Source: Elusimicrobia bacterium CG1_02_37_114
GTDB lineage: Bacteria > Elusimicrobiota > Endomicrobiia > CG1-02-37-114
Direction: 5' to 3'
Length of the DNA stretch: 64,000 nt
Assembly: GCA_001871125.1 (NCBI GenBank)
Contig: MNXB01000117.1
Location: forward strand, 5,654-69,653
The notes under the pieces are model-generated. The model was not told the DNA's origin. It did not search any database and was given only the letters and a program-made list of their open reading frames with translations. The position numbers and the translations under genes are program-made. Positions 19,655-28,474 of this stretch are shown piece after piece (position 1 is the first letter of the stretch; the number at the start of each line of letters is the position of its first letter).

Positions 19655-20745
19655 TCTGGACAAACCGCCACTTTTTCTGAAATATTTCAAAAATGTTTTG
19701 CAGGTTTTTTTTCTACGCAACAGTAGAGAAGCTGTATAAAAGCATCGGAGAATTGAAGGTAGAGAACGACTGGCTTAAAAAAAATTGGATCTTTTGCGTT
19801 GAAAGACAAAATATCGCTCATTGACAAGAAAGATGATGAATTCAGCCAGCGGAAACAGTGCCTGCTGCTTGGTGTCAATTGGTCGACAATGCATTATAAA
19901 CCCGTCGGGATAAGACCTATTGACAGGGAAATGATGAACCTGCTGGACGACAAGTATACGTTACACCCGTTTTACGGTGTCCGCAAGATGAAAAAGTTCT
20001 TGAGGGAGAAAGGGTATAAGGTCGGCAATGGGCACGTAAGGACACTGCTGAGGAAAATGGGACTGTTCGCAGTGTTTGCGAAGCCGAATTTGTCGAAACC
20101 GCACCCTGAACACAAGGTATATCCATATCTGTTGAGAGATGTGGATATAATACGGCCGAATCAGGTTTGGAGTACAGATATAACCTATATACGGCTTGGA
20201 CAAGGATTTGCGTACCTTACGGCGGTAATTGACTGGCACAGCAGATGTATTCTCAGCTGGCGGATATCGAATACACTGGAAAGCAGTTTCTGTGTGGAAG
20301 CTCTGGAGGAAGCTATCAGGAACTATGGCTGTCCGGAGATATTCAATACGGACCATGGTAGCCAGTTTACGAGCGAGGATTTCATCGGGGCATTGACGGT
20401 GACGGGAAGGAACATCTCAATCAGCATGGACGGCAGAGGGAGAGCCCACGACAATATATTTGTAGAGAGGTTATGGCGTTCAGTGAAATACGAATGCATT
20501 TACTTGAATGGATACCAGAGCATTCCGGAGGCCAGAGAAGGGTTACGGACCTATTTTGAGTTTTACAACCGGGAACGGTATCATCAATCACTGGATTACG
20601 CCACTCCGTGGCAGATATATTCGGGGGTGTGTAATACCCTTGACGCAGTGACGAACGCGGCTTAAAACGAAAATGAGTGCGGGTTTTTCAGGCAGGGAAA
20701 AGAAGGAAACAGAAATTTCACGGTTCTTTCAAAAAACGGCGGCTT
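19655..20745 (+). mobile_element. IS3-family insertion sequence, 5'-truncated (orfA remnant + orfB)
   Basis: OrfA C-terminal leucine-zipper remnant (..ELKVENDWLKK), A8 slippery run at 19777-19784, orfB in the -1 frame. Candidate imperfect terminal inverted repeats TCTGGACAAACCGCCACTTTT (19655) and AAAACGGCGGCTTACGACAGA (20725). Confidence 0.5.
19799..20665 (+). CDS. IS3-family transposase OrfB (DDE integrase core)
   Basis: rve-domain motifs (WSTDITYIRL, VIDWHSRCIL, HTDHGSQFTS, YNRERYHQSL). Confidence 0.9.
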   Translation: MKDKISLIDKKDDEFSQRKQCLLLGVNWSTMHYKPVGIRPIDREMMNLLDDKYTLHPFYGVRKMKKFLREKGYKVGNGHVRTLLRKMGLFAVFAKPNLSKPHPEHKVYPYLLRDVDIIRPNQVWSTDITYIRLGQGFAYLTAVIDWHSRCILSWRISNTLESSFCVEALEEAIRNYGCPEIFNTDHGSQFTSEDFIGALTVTGRNISISMDGRGRAHDNIFVERLWRSVKYECIYLNGYQSIPEAREGLRTYFEFYNRERYHQSLDYATPWQIYSGVCNTLDAVTNAA

Positions 20746-20854
20746 ACGACAGAAAAACATTTACACCTTAACAAAGACTAAAAACTGGTCTTGACAAACC
20801 CGACCACTTTAATTTTTTACCCCTACCATTTACTTGTGAACTCCCGGCAGATTA

Positions 20855-21457
20855 TCAAGGGGTTTTTAAAAAATTTGCCAAAGGGGATCTACTGCCGGGT
20901 TTGACCATGGGTATGTTTTTTCTGCAGAGGGGACATTCCTGCTGCGGGTAAGTTTTTATATCCATTACCAATAACGAAACTTTGGGAACATTAAATTCCG
21001 CTTTACCACCGCTGCGGTCAACCAAACTGCATACAGCAATAACCTTACCACCGTAAGATTTCACGGATTCCATTACTTCCTTGGTTGAACCGCCAGTAGT
21101 TATTACATCTTCTACGACAATACATTTCTCGCCTTTTTTTATTTCAAAGCCCCGTCGTAATACCATACTGCCCTGCTCTCTTTCAGTAAACATTGCCCTG
21201 CATCCCAATGCTCGTGCAACCTCCTGACCTATAACTATACCGCCAATTGCCGGTGATACTACGACATCTATTTTACCCACAGAGCGCCTGAGTTCGCCGG
21301 ATAGTATTTTTGCAAGTTTCCCTGCGATATCCGGGTGTTGTAAGACGAGCGCACACTGGATATATTTATCGCTGTGCAGGCCTGAAGATAAAAGGAAATG
21401 TCCGGTCAGCAATGCTTTGGTTTTTTTGAAAATGCTCAGTATTTTTTTATTGTCCAT
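20855..21457 (-). CDS. pyrE: orotate phosphoribosyltransferase
   Basis: PRPP-binding motif VVEDVITTGGS and OPRTase N-terminus. Confidence 0.92.
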   Translation of the reverse strand: MDNKKILSIFKKTKALLTGHFLLSSGLHSDKYIQCALVLQHPDIAGKLAKILSGELRRSVGKIDVVVSPAIGGIVIGQEVARALGCRAMFTEREQGSMVLRRGFEIKKGEKCIVVEDVITTGGSTKEVMESVKSYGGKVIAVCSLVDRSGGKAEFNVPKVSLLVMDIKTYPQQECPLCRKNIPMVKPGSRSPLANFLKTP

Positions 21458-22137
21458 ATTTTTTCTACGACTTTAACAGGGTTTTCTGACTGTGTTATGT
21501 GTCTGCCAATAACCACATAGTCAGCACCATATCTGACAGCCTCTCCAATATGAATGGTGCGTTTCTGGTCTTTGCGTTTCATATTTTCCTCAATTGATAC
21601 TCCGGGCACAAGCGTAAGAAATTTTCTGCCACAGTTTTTCTTCACTGTTTTGAGTTCATTACCGGAACATACAATACCGTCAAGACCGTATTTTTTTGCA
21701 AACAATGCCATTTTTTTTACCTGTCCGTCAATATTCATTCCGCGCATTCCATATAATATACTAAAATCCTCAGTATTAAGACTTGTAAGCACTGTTACAC
21801 CGAATAATATCGGACGGATTGATTTGGGTAATTTGTCCTTCGCATTTACTGATTCCTCAAGCATACTCCTTCCGCCTGAGATATGCAGGGTCAGGGCAAA
21901 CGGTTTGTATTTTCTGCTTATTTCTTCAATGGCAAATCCGACAACAGACGGTATATCGTGATACTTAAGGTCTAAAATGACTTTTTTATTGTGCCTGTTG
22001 AGGAAATTTATTATTTCAGGTGACCCGGTAAAAAGCTTATGACCTATTTTGTAATATTTAACTTTAGATGAAAGTTTATTGATTAAACTTATTGCTTTTT
22101 GCTTATCTACATCAAGCGCAACTACGAGTTTTGCCAT
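21436..22137 (-). CDS. pyrF: orotidine 5'-phosphate decarboxylase
   Basis: OMPdecase motifs (LDLKYHDIP, VALDV). Confidence 0.9.
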   Translation of the reverse strand: MAKLVVALDVDKQKAISLINKLSSKVKYYKIGHKLFTGSPEIINFLNRHNKKVILDLKYHDIPSVVGFAIEEISRKYKPFALTLHISGGRSMLEESVNAKDKLPKSIRPILFGVTVLTSLNTEDFSILYGMRGMNIDGQVKKMALFAKKYGLDGIVCSGNELKTVKKNCGRKFLTLVPGVSIEENMKRKDQKRTIHIGEAVRYGADYVVIGRHITQSENPVKVVEKIWTIKKY

Positions 22138-23020
22138 ATTTTTCCTGTCCCCTCTTCTTTGATAATTTGTCTTTCTTTCCTTGCTTCAATAAACCAGCTT
22201 GCCTGAGTTCACGCTGGACTTTTCGGTAAACTTCACCAAATTCTGGAAGTATTGACACCTGTGAAGAAAGACGAATGTTCCAAAGTTTGTTTAAACGAGG
22301 TTCTTTACGCAAAAACTCTTCCCGGACATCAGTCAGTTTCTTACCCCGGAATTTCCACTTTTCTTCTACGGCACTAACCAACCCCTCTATGTTCACGTGC
22401 TGATTGGTAGCCAGATACCATAAATCATAAAGGTCTCGTGGTTCGTTCCGTGCAATGTCTAAAAGAGCAACTATTTTTTCAGCAGCTATCTCGTCAAGAG
22501 AGTAAGCGTGAATTAGATTATTCTCAGGCAAATCAACATATTCATCATATCCTTTAAGAACTGGTTTTTTTTTAACAGGAAAAACAACTTTCTCTTTTAT
22601 AGTAATATCTACCTTAACATTTTTACCAGTAGCACCGGGCAACGGTCCCTCGTACCCAAGGAAAAAAGTATAACTGTTTTCATGAGTGTAACGGTCATAA
22701 CGGGCAAAACTCATTCTAATACCAGAATCCTGATAAATCCGTTTAAAAACAATGTCAAGATTCTTCTGGATATTTTCAAAATGGCTCTCTTTTGCCAGAG
22801 TCCAATCAAGGTCTTCTGAAAAACGGTAATCAGGAATGTAGCATTTCTTAATACACGTGCCACCCTTGAATAAAAGAATGTCTTTAAGCGGGCTGTAAGA
22901 CAATCCGATTAAAAACCATGATAAACAATAATCACGTTCAAGAATTCCTTCTGGAATACGACGACCACTTTTGCGGACAAGACGATTAGAAAGTAACGAG
23001 AGATTTCGTTGCGGTATCAT
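22112..23020 (-). CDS. AbiEii-family nucleotidyltransferase toxin (type IV TA / abortive infection)
   Basis: DUF1814 signature (LFKGGTCIKKCYIPDYRFSEDLD). Confidence 0.8.
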   Translation of the reverse strand: MIPQRNLSLLSNRLVRKSGRRIPEGILERDYCLSWFLIGLSYSPLKDILLFKGGTCIKKCYIPDYRFSEDLDWTLAKESHFENIQKNLDIVFKRIYQDSGIRMSFARYDRYTHENSYTFFLGYEGPLPGATGKNVKVDITIKEKVVFPVKKKPVLKGYDEYVDLPENNLIHAYSLDEIAAEKIVALLDIARNEPRDLYDLWYLATNQHVNIEGLVSAVEEKWKFRGKKLTDVREEFLRKEPRLNKLWNIRLSSQVSILPEFGEVYRKVQRELRQAGLLKQGKKDKLSKKRGQEKYGKTRSCA

Positions 23021-23023
23021 TTG

Positions 23024-23857
23024 TTATGTCCTTACTACGGATAAAAGTTCTTCAGAAGATACGTTCAATTGGAGTCTCCATTTTCGCAAATACTTTCCTT
23101 CAGAAGGTAAAAGCGGATCCAACCGCACATAAGTTTCACTCAACTGTGAGCGAAGAATTTCCCGGTCCTCAACTGTGCCAATTTTATAAAGTTCAAACAA
23201 AAATCCAAGCCGTCTTATTACTGCACCAATACCGGTTTGGACTGCATACCGGATAAGCCTGGTCTTGTTTATATCATGATGACGTATCCAGAGTCCCTTG
23301 GCTACTTCTGTGAGTCCACCACAATATTCCGGGTTCTTTAGTCCGTCAACAATTGTTCGTTCAGGGTCGCTGACTTTTACTTTTTCCTGTTTTGTTACCC
23401 AGTGGTCAATCAAACCAAAGAAAAGATATTTCCGGGTATGGATAAATTGGAACTCCATCCCCTTCGTTTTAACAGGTCTATGTGATTTTAAGGCTGTTAC
23501 ATAGACAACCAATTGTGGCTGGGTCACCATTCCGTGAATCTCCAGGGCAGTAGCATGTGAGAGATAATAATCCGTTCCATTCATGATTTCTCGGGCAACA
23601 ATTAATGGGTTTCCGGTATATTCAGATTCTTTTCCCATTTCTAATGGAACAAGTATAAAAAGCCCGGGTTTTAATCGTGTAACAATTCCTCTTTCTACAA
23701 GCTTTTTAACAAAGTTGCTTGATGCTACATGGTCTAATTGAAGAATTTGTCGCACTTCTTTTAAGCGAAATAGAGGCTTATTCTGTTCATGAAGCGTCGT
23801 TACTAAACGAGCAGACTGAGGTCCCATGGTTTTTAATTTGGTATCGCTATTACGCAT
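23024..23857 (-). CDS. AbiEi-family antitoxin / transcriptional regulator
   Basis: N-terminal wHTH and AbiEi C-terminal domain, immediately upstream of AbiEii. Confidence 0.8.
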   Translation of the reverse strand: MRNSDTKLKTMGPQSARLVTTLHEQNKPLFRLKEVRQILQLDHVASSNFVKKLVERGIVTRLKPGLFILVPLEMGKESEYTGNPLIVAREIMNGTDYYLSHATALEIHGMVTQPQLVVYVTALKSHRPVKTKGMEFQFIHTRKYLFFGLIDHWVTKQEKVKVSDPERTIVDGLKNPEYCGGLTEVAKGLWIRHHDINKTRLIRYAVQTGIGAVIRRLGFLFELYKIGTVEDREILRSQLSETYVRLDPLLPSEGKYLRKWRLQLNVSSEELLSVVRT

Positions 23858-24003
23858 TTTTCATCTCTCTGGAATATATATTACCATATAAATATCATAA
23901 AGTCAAGGTAATATTATATTTATAATGCAAAGTATATCCCTTCAGGGTGAAATTAACATTATAAATATAATAGAAATTTAACAAGTGTTTGACTCCTAGC
24001 CGG

Positions 24004-24203
24004 TGGTTCTTCTGGTTTTATTGTAGAACAATATTTATGTTAATTTATTTATTGTTAACGGATTCTTATCCAAGCAAGTCTGAGTGCACAGACTTTGTCG
24101 CAACCGGATCCCCCAACTTGTTGGGGCTAAAAAATAACAAAATAAATCAAAACATGACAAACCTTGATAGTACTACCCGAACAAGTTCGGGATTCCAATG
24201 GTC
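24004..24203. repeat. about 200-bp intergenic repeat element, copy 1 (module A plus hairpin-ended module B)
   Basis: About 90 bp are near-identical to 44059-44150. The remaining about 110 bp are the reverse complement of 44151-44253. Confidence 0.6.
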
Positions 24204-24395
24204 AAGCATTGTGTGTAATTTCATTTTTAATTTTTAAAGGCTTATACTCCCAAGACTTATTTAATTTGTAAAATATAGCATAAACAATATGTTGTGGGAA
24301 ATAATGGGAAATTTTGAGGAATTTATAAAAACTATTTCCGGCATGATTTCATACAACAGTAAAAATTTTATGTTTGATAAATCAGAAATAAAAAA

Positions 24396-24482
24396 CGGAG
24401 AGGGAGGGATTCGAACCCCCGGTAGCCGTGAAGCCACACTGGTTTTCAAGACCAGCACCATAAACCACTCGGTCACCTCTCC
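24396..24482 (-). tRNA. tRNA-Ser (anticodon TGA)
   Basis: Manual fold: acceptor GGAGAGG/CCTCTCC, anticodon stem CTGGT/ACCAG, loop CTTGAAA, long variable arm, T-loop TTCGAAT. Confidence 0.9.
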
Positions 24483-24803
24483 GATTTGCCTTGCAAATCG
24501 CCCCCGAGTATTGTTTTGTACGCCTTAGGCGGATAAAACATCGTGGGGCTAAAATCCATCACTTTATAATACAATAATTCGGGTTTATTTTCAAGAATCG
24601 GAAAATGGAATATGGTCTCTTTTTAGAAAAATGTTAAATATCAAGAAAATTTGACTGGAATATTCTCTATACCCAAAACTTTACATATCTTTAAAAGAGT
24701 TCCTATATCCTGAAGCACCTTTGAATATTCTTCTTTGGGAAGCCGTTCTTTTATCAAATGTTCATATATCGTATCCCACTGTGTTTTGCAAAATGCAGTG
24801 TCA

Positions 24804-25151
24804 CTAAAGTTTTTGTTTATCTTGTTTTACTGTGCCTATTCTTTTCATGCTGTTTATTGCTTTGACCATGATAAAAACACAAAATGCTACAATAAGAAAG
24901 TCAATCAAATTGTTGATAAATAGCCCATATTTCAATAAAACCGCGGGTTCGGTAGCTGTTGCCTTTTTAAGCACTATTGCAAAATCACTGAAATTAACCC
25001 CGCCCAATAAAATTCCGATTGGTGGCATAACAACATCGTTAACAATAGAATTGACGATTTTTCCAAAGGAAGCGCCGATTATTATACCAACCGCCATATC
25101 TACAGCGTTACCTTTTACTGCAAATTCCTTAAACTCCTTCATTATGGACAT
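24804..25151 (-). CDS. mscL: large-conductance mechanosensitive channel
   Basis: [33 protein letters not shown]... aligns with canonical MscL. Confidence 0.92.
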   Translation of the reverse strand: MSIMKEFKEFAVKGNAVDMAVGIIIGASFGKIVNSIVNDVVMPPIGILLGGVNFSDFAIVLKKATATEPAVLLKYGLFINNLIDFLIVAFCVFIMVKAINSMKRIGTVKQDKQKL

Positions 25152-25205
25152 ATAGTATCCCTTACTTCATAATGATACAATAATTTTGACTTGTTTTCAA
25201 GAGAA

Positions 25206-26570
25206 TTAAAAAATCCATTCAGAAGGAGAAGATTTATCTTTGAGTGTGTTTTTAATTTTCTCTCTATATTTCGGTACTAACGATAATTCGTTGTTATCAA
25301 TTTTGTCTTTCAATGATATAAGAGACTTTATCACTTCACGGGTTACTCTTTCATCGCTGTCACCGGCGAGGTTAAAAAGTATATCAAGGGTTTCCGGTTT
25401 GGCAATTTTTTCCAGTGCACGGACTACATTTGCTCTTATACCGACGTTTGGGTTATTAATCATTTCATTGAGAAAATTTAATGCAGTTTCTGGTGAATGT
25501 TTATATATATTATAGGCATGTGTGGCAATGCGGTCTCTTGCCTGTTCCAGAGTCGGTTGTAGGCCATAGACGCTCTTATCCGGCTCGGACTTTTCAGCTA
25601 ACCGCTGTAATTTTTCTTTTTGCTGTTCAGTAAGTAGTTTTTCTGTGCCTCTCTCAAATTCAAGTTCCTTTTTCAGTTTTTCATGTCCTTTGGAAAGATT
25701 TATCCTCAAAGTCTTTTCAAAATCAGCTCTCTGGTTGGCAAAGGAGATTTCGCTGATAATGCGAGTTTTTTCAAGTTCGTCCTGATGTATTTTTTTTGAC
25801 AAGTCCATCAATTCGGTTTCTTTTTTCTTAATTATATTTTTTAACCTTTTTGTGGTCATTAACAAACCTGATATGAGCAGAATAGAAAAGGCGGATACTA
25901 TTGTTACAAAAGTTTTGTATTTATTTAGTTTGTCTTTAACTCCCTGAATTTCAATCAGTATTTTCTCATTTTCCTGTTTTTGGGCCGATGTTTCCCTCAC
26001 TCTAATTGTCTTTACTTTTTGAGTTTCATCTGTTTTTTGGGATTTTTCTATAGTGCTCTGTTCAATGTGGGTATCCAGTTTTTTTGCTGGAGGATCAGGT
26101 TCCCTATCTATTTTAAATTTATCGGGTATTTCAAGCCTTTGCCTGGTGTCTGATTTTGTATCCTTCTTGCGCTCGGGATTAAGGATTTCATTGGTTATGC
26201 GGTATAATTCTTTCACCTCGTAATTGTTGGGCGCAATTTTCAGAGATTTGTTGATAAATTTCATTGATTCGAGATATTCATGTTTGGCATTATAATATTT
26301 CCCCGCCTCAATAAGTATTTTCAGTAAAAACTGTTTTGCCTGTGCGTTTTCCGGCTGTATTTCCAGCGCCTTTTCAAGGTTTTCTGTTGATTTTGCGTAA
26401 TCACCCTGAAGATATTTTTCTGTGGCGGCATTGAAATACATATCAAACTGTTCGGACGGTTCTGCAGAATATAAATAAGATAATCCTACGGATAAACAGG
26501 GATTTAAAAGCGATAAGGTAACCAGAAGCAATACAATAATAAACGGACTGTCCCGATGTCCTTTAATCAT
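25206..26570 (-). CDS. membrane-anchored TPR / HEAT-repeat protein
   Basis: Signal peptide, N-terminal TPR, one TM helix, coiled coil, C-terminal HEAT/PBS-lyase-like repeats. Confidence 0.6.
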   Translation of the reverse strand: MIKGHRDSPFIIVLLLVTLSLLNPCLSVGLSYLYSAEPSEQFDMYFNAATEKYLQGDYAKSTENLEKALEIQPENAQAKQFLLKILIEAGKYYNAKHEYLESMKFINKSLKIAPNNYEVKELYRITNEILNPERKKDTKSDTRQRLEIPDKFKIDREPDPPAKKLDTHIEQSTIEKSQKTDETQKVKTIRVRETSAQKQENEKILIEIQGVKDKLNKYKTFVTIVSAFSILLISGLLMTTKRLKNIIKKKETELMDLSKKIHQDELEKTRIISEISFANQRADFEKTLRINLSKGHEKLKKELEFERGTEKLLTEQQKEKLQRLAEKSEPDKSVYGLQPTLEQARDRIATHAYNIYKHSPETALNFLNEMINNPNVGIRANVVRALEKIAKPETLDILFNLAGDSDERVTREVIKSLISLKDKIDNNELSLVPKYREKIKNTLKDKSSPSEWIF

Positions 26571-28048
26571 TTTTCTTCACCCATAACATCAAGTATTGTC
26601 TGAACGCGTTTTAATAACTCCATTGTTTCCTTACGTTCAGGGTCAAGTTTGATAGATTCCATCAGTTTTTCTTTTGAGGTTTTATAATCTTTTTTTTGAA
26701 TCAAGAACTGCGTTTCTATGAGAAATAGTAAAGATTGTGCTTTTTTATATTCAGGCATTATGGATAGAGTAACCCTTATTGATTCTAAGGCAGACGGATA
26801 ATTGTTCTCCAGATAACTTTTTTCAGATTCTCTATATTTTTTTATGGCAAAGTCTTTTGTCGTTATTTTTTTAACTTCGTCAAATAACATTTTTGCGTCA
26901 TAAGAATCGGGCCTGCGTTCAAGAATTCTGCCCAGGACTTCTTCTGCCTTCTTGTATTCACTACCTTCAAAACATTTTCTTGCTATTGCCAATTGTGTGT
27001 TAATCCAGGACTCTGATTTGAGTTTCTCCCGTTCTTCCTTTATTTCTTTTTTGGTAATCCCTCTCTTTTCTTCTAATTGTTTTTCGGCTTCGTTTAGTCT
27101 GGAAATTCTTTCTTCTATAACTTCTTTTTCAATTTCAGGTATAAAACCAAACCTGGTAGATATGCTGAATTTATTTATGAAATCTATCTGATGGATACCC
27201 AGGGCATAATCAAAATCTATTGCCCTTGATGTAATACCGAACCCTGCCGTTATTTCTCTCTGATTAATTCCCACCCGGACAGGAAATTGATTGAAGAGTT
27301 TATATTCCATTCCCATGCCGTACTTAATTACATTCCTGGCAGAGGCGTTCAGCAAATAAAGGTCAACCATTATTTTTATCTCGGGTTGAAAAAATTCCCG
27401 GGTAAATCCCATTTTGATATTTGTGCCGGAATTATCGGGTCCGAGCTGTAGCGGAAGAACGTTCTGTAAATTTAATCCATACGTGGCATATCTTGAAATG
27501 TGATATATAATGCCTATATCAACACCGTAGGCCTGAACATTATAAGCGTCTATTTGCTGCTGGACAAACCGGACGTTAGTGCCTATATCTAATTTATTGG
27601 ATTTTCTAAATGCATAAGTTAAAACATATTGAGACAATATTTCTTCAAATTTATAGCCCAGATTTTTTCCTGCTGAATTTGTCCGTTCAGCAGTTCCGGA
27701 ATTTAACCGGACAATGCTCAGACCGAATACCCCTCTCTTGTTTAATGGATATGCAAAATTTGTTGCGGTAAACCGTGTTTCATAAAATAATGGGACACTC
27801 AGAACGTTCATTTCTGAAAAATATATACCGGATAAGCCGGCAGGATTCCAGTAAGGAGAGCTGACATCCCCGCTGCATGCAGTATATGCATTACCGAATC
27901 CTCCTGCCCGTGCATTTGCAGTGAACAACGACAGTGTTTCAAAAGGCAATCCCCCTCCCGGGCAGTAAACTACCGGGATTAATATAAACAGCACCGTCAC
28001 TGAAACCGACAGTGTCAAAAAATGACTTATATTCTTTATTTTCCCCAT
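26567..28048 (-). CDS. outer-membrane beta-barrel (FadL/PorV-like) fused to a C-terminal TPR domain
   Basis: Signal peptide, N-terminal SPYWNPAGL motif, alternating beta-strand pattern to about residue 320, then coiled coil plus TPR. Confidence 0.5.
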   Translation of the reverse strand: MGKIKNISHFLTLSVSVTVLFILIPVVYCPGGGLPFETLSLFTANARAGGFGNAYTACSGDVSSPYWNPAGLSGIYFSEMNVLSVPLFYETRFTATNFAYPLNKRGVFGLSIVRLNSGTAERTNSAGKNLGYKFEEILSQYVLTYAFRKSNKLDIGTNVRFVQQQIDAYNVQAYGVDIGIIYHISRYATYGLNLQNVLPLQLGPDNSGTNIKMGFTREFFQPEIKIMVDLYLLNASARNVIKYGMGMEYKLFNQFPVRVGINQREITAGFGITSRAIDFDYALGIHQIDFINKFSISTRFGFIPEIEKEVIEERISRLNEAEKQLEEKRGITKKEIKEEREKLKSESWINTQLAIARKCFEGSEYKKAEEVLGRILERRPDSYDAKMLFDEVKKITTKDFAIKKYRESEKSYLENNYPSALESIRVTLSIMPEYKKAQSLLFLIETQFLIQKKDYKTSKEKLMESIKLDPERKETMELLKRVQTILDVMGEEK

Positions 28049-28419
28049 AATAAATTTTCAATTTTTTCCTTTAGTAACCTTATCGGAAAAGGTTTCTCAA
28101 GATATGCCGAAATATTGACATTTTCTTTTAATTGCAGTAAATCCTTTAATCCTCCTCTGCCAGTCATAACAACAACGGGGATATTTGCAGTTTCCGGGTT
28201 TTTCTTAAGCTGAATGTTCAAAGAATGCCCGTCAAGTTTCGGCAACATTATGTCTAAAACAATAAGGTCAGGTTTTTCTTCATTTATTTTATCCAGAGCC
28301 TCCATCCCATCAAATGCAGCAGTTACTGTCCACCCGTCTCTTTCCAGAGCTATTTTTAAAGTTTCAACTATGTCCCTTTCGTCTTCAACGATTAAAATTT
28401 TACTCACGCTACCTCCCAT
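28036..28419 (-). CDS. single-domain response regulator (REC)
   Basis: ILIVEDERD...DLIVLDIMLPKLDG...K. Confidence 0.85.
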   Translation of the reverse strand: MGGSVSKILIVEDERDIVETLKIALERDGWTVTAAFDGMEALDKINEEKPDLIVLDIMLPKLDGHSLNIQLKKNPETANIPVVVMTGRGGLKDLLQLKENVNISAYLEKPFPIRLLKEKIENLLWGK

Positions 28420-28423
28420 TAAT

Positions 28424-28466
28424 CCCCCTTGCTTCCCCCTTTGTTAAAGGGGGATTGAGGAGGATT
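28424..28466. repeat. palindromic mini-repeat (CCCCCTTTGTTAAAGGGGG core)
   Basis: Hairpin between the Kelch gene stop and the REC gene start. A near-identical copy lies inside the HK gene at 36035-36075. Confidence 0.5.
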
Positions 28467-28474
28467 TTTAAAAT

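Noticed and set aside
19687-19878. 63-aa minus-strand ORF across the IS3 orfA/orfB junction
   Set aside because: Antisense to the transposase frameshift region. No support.
24735-25155. Plus-strand ORFs overlapping mscL
   Set aside because: mscL on the minus strand is an excellent family match. These are frame artefacts.
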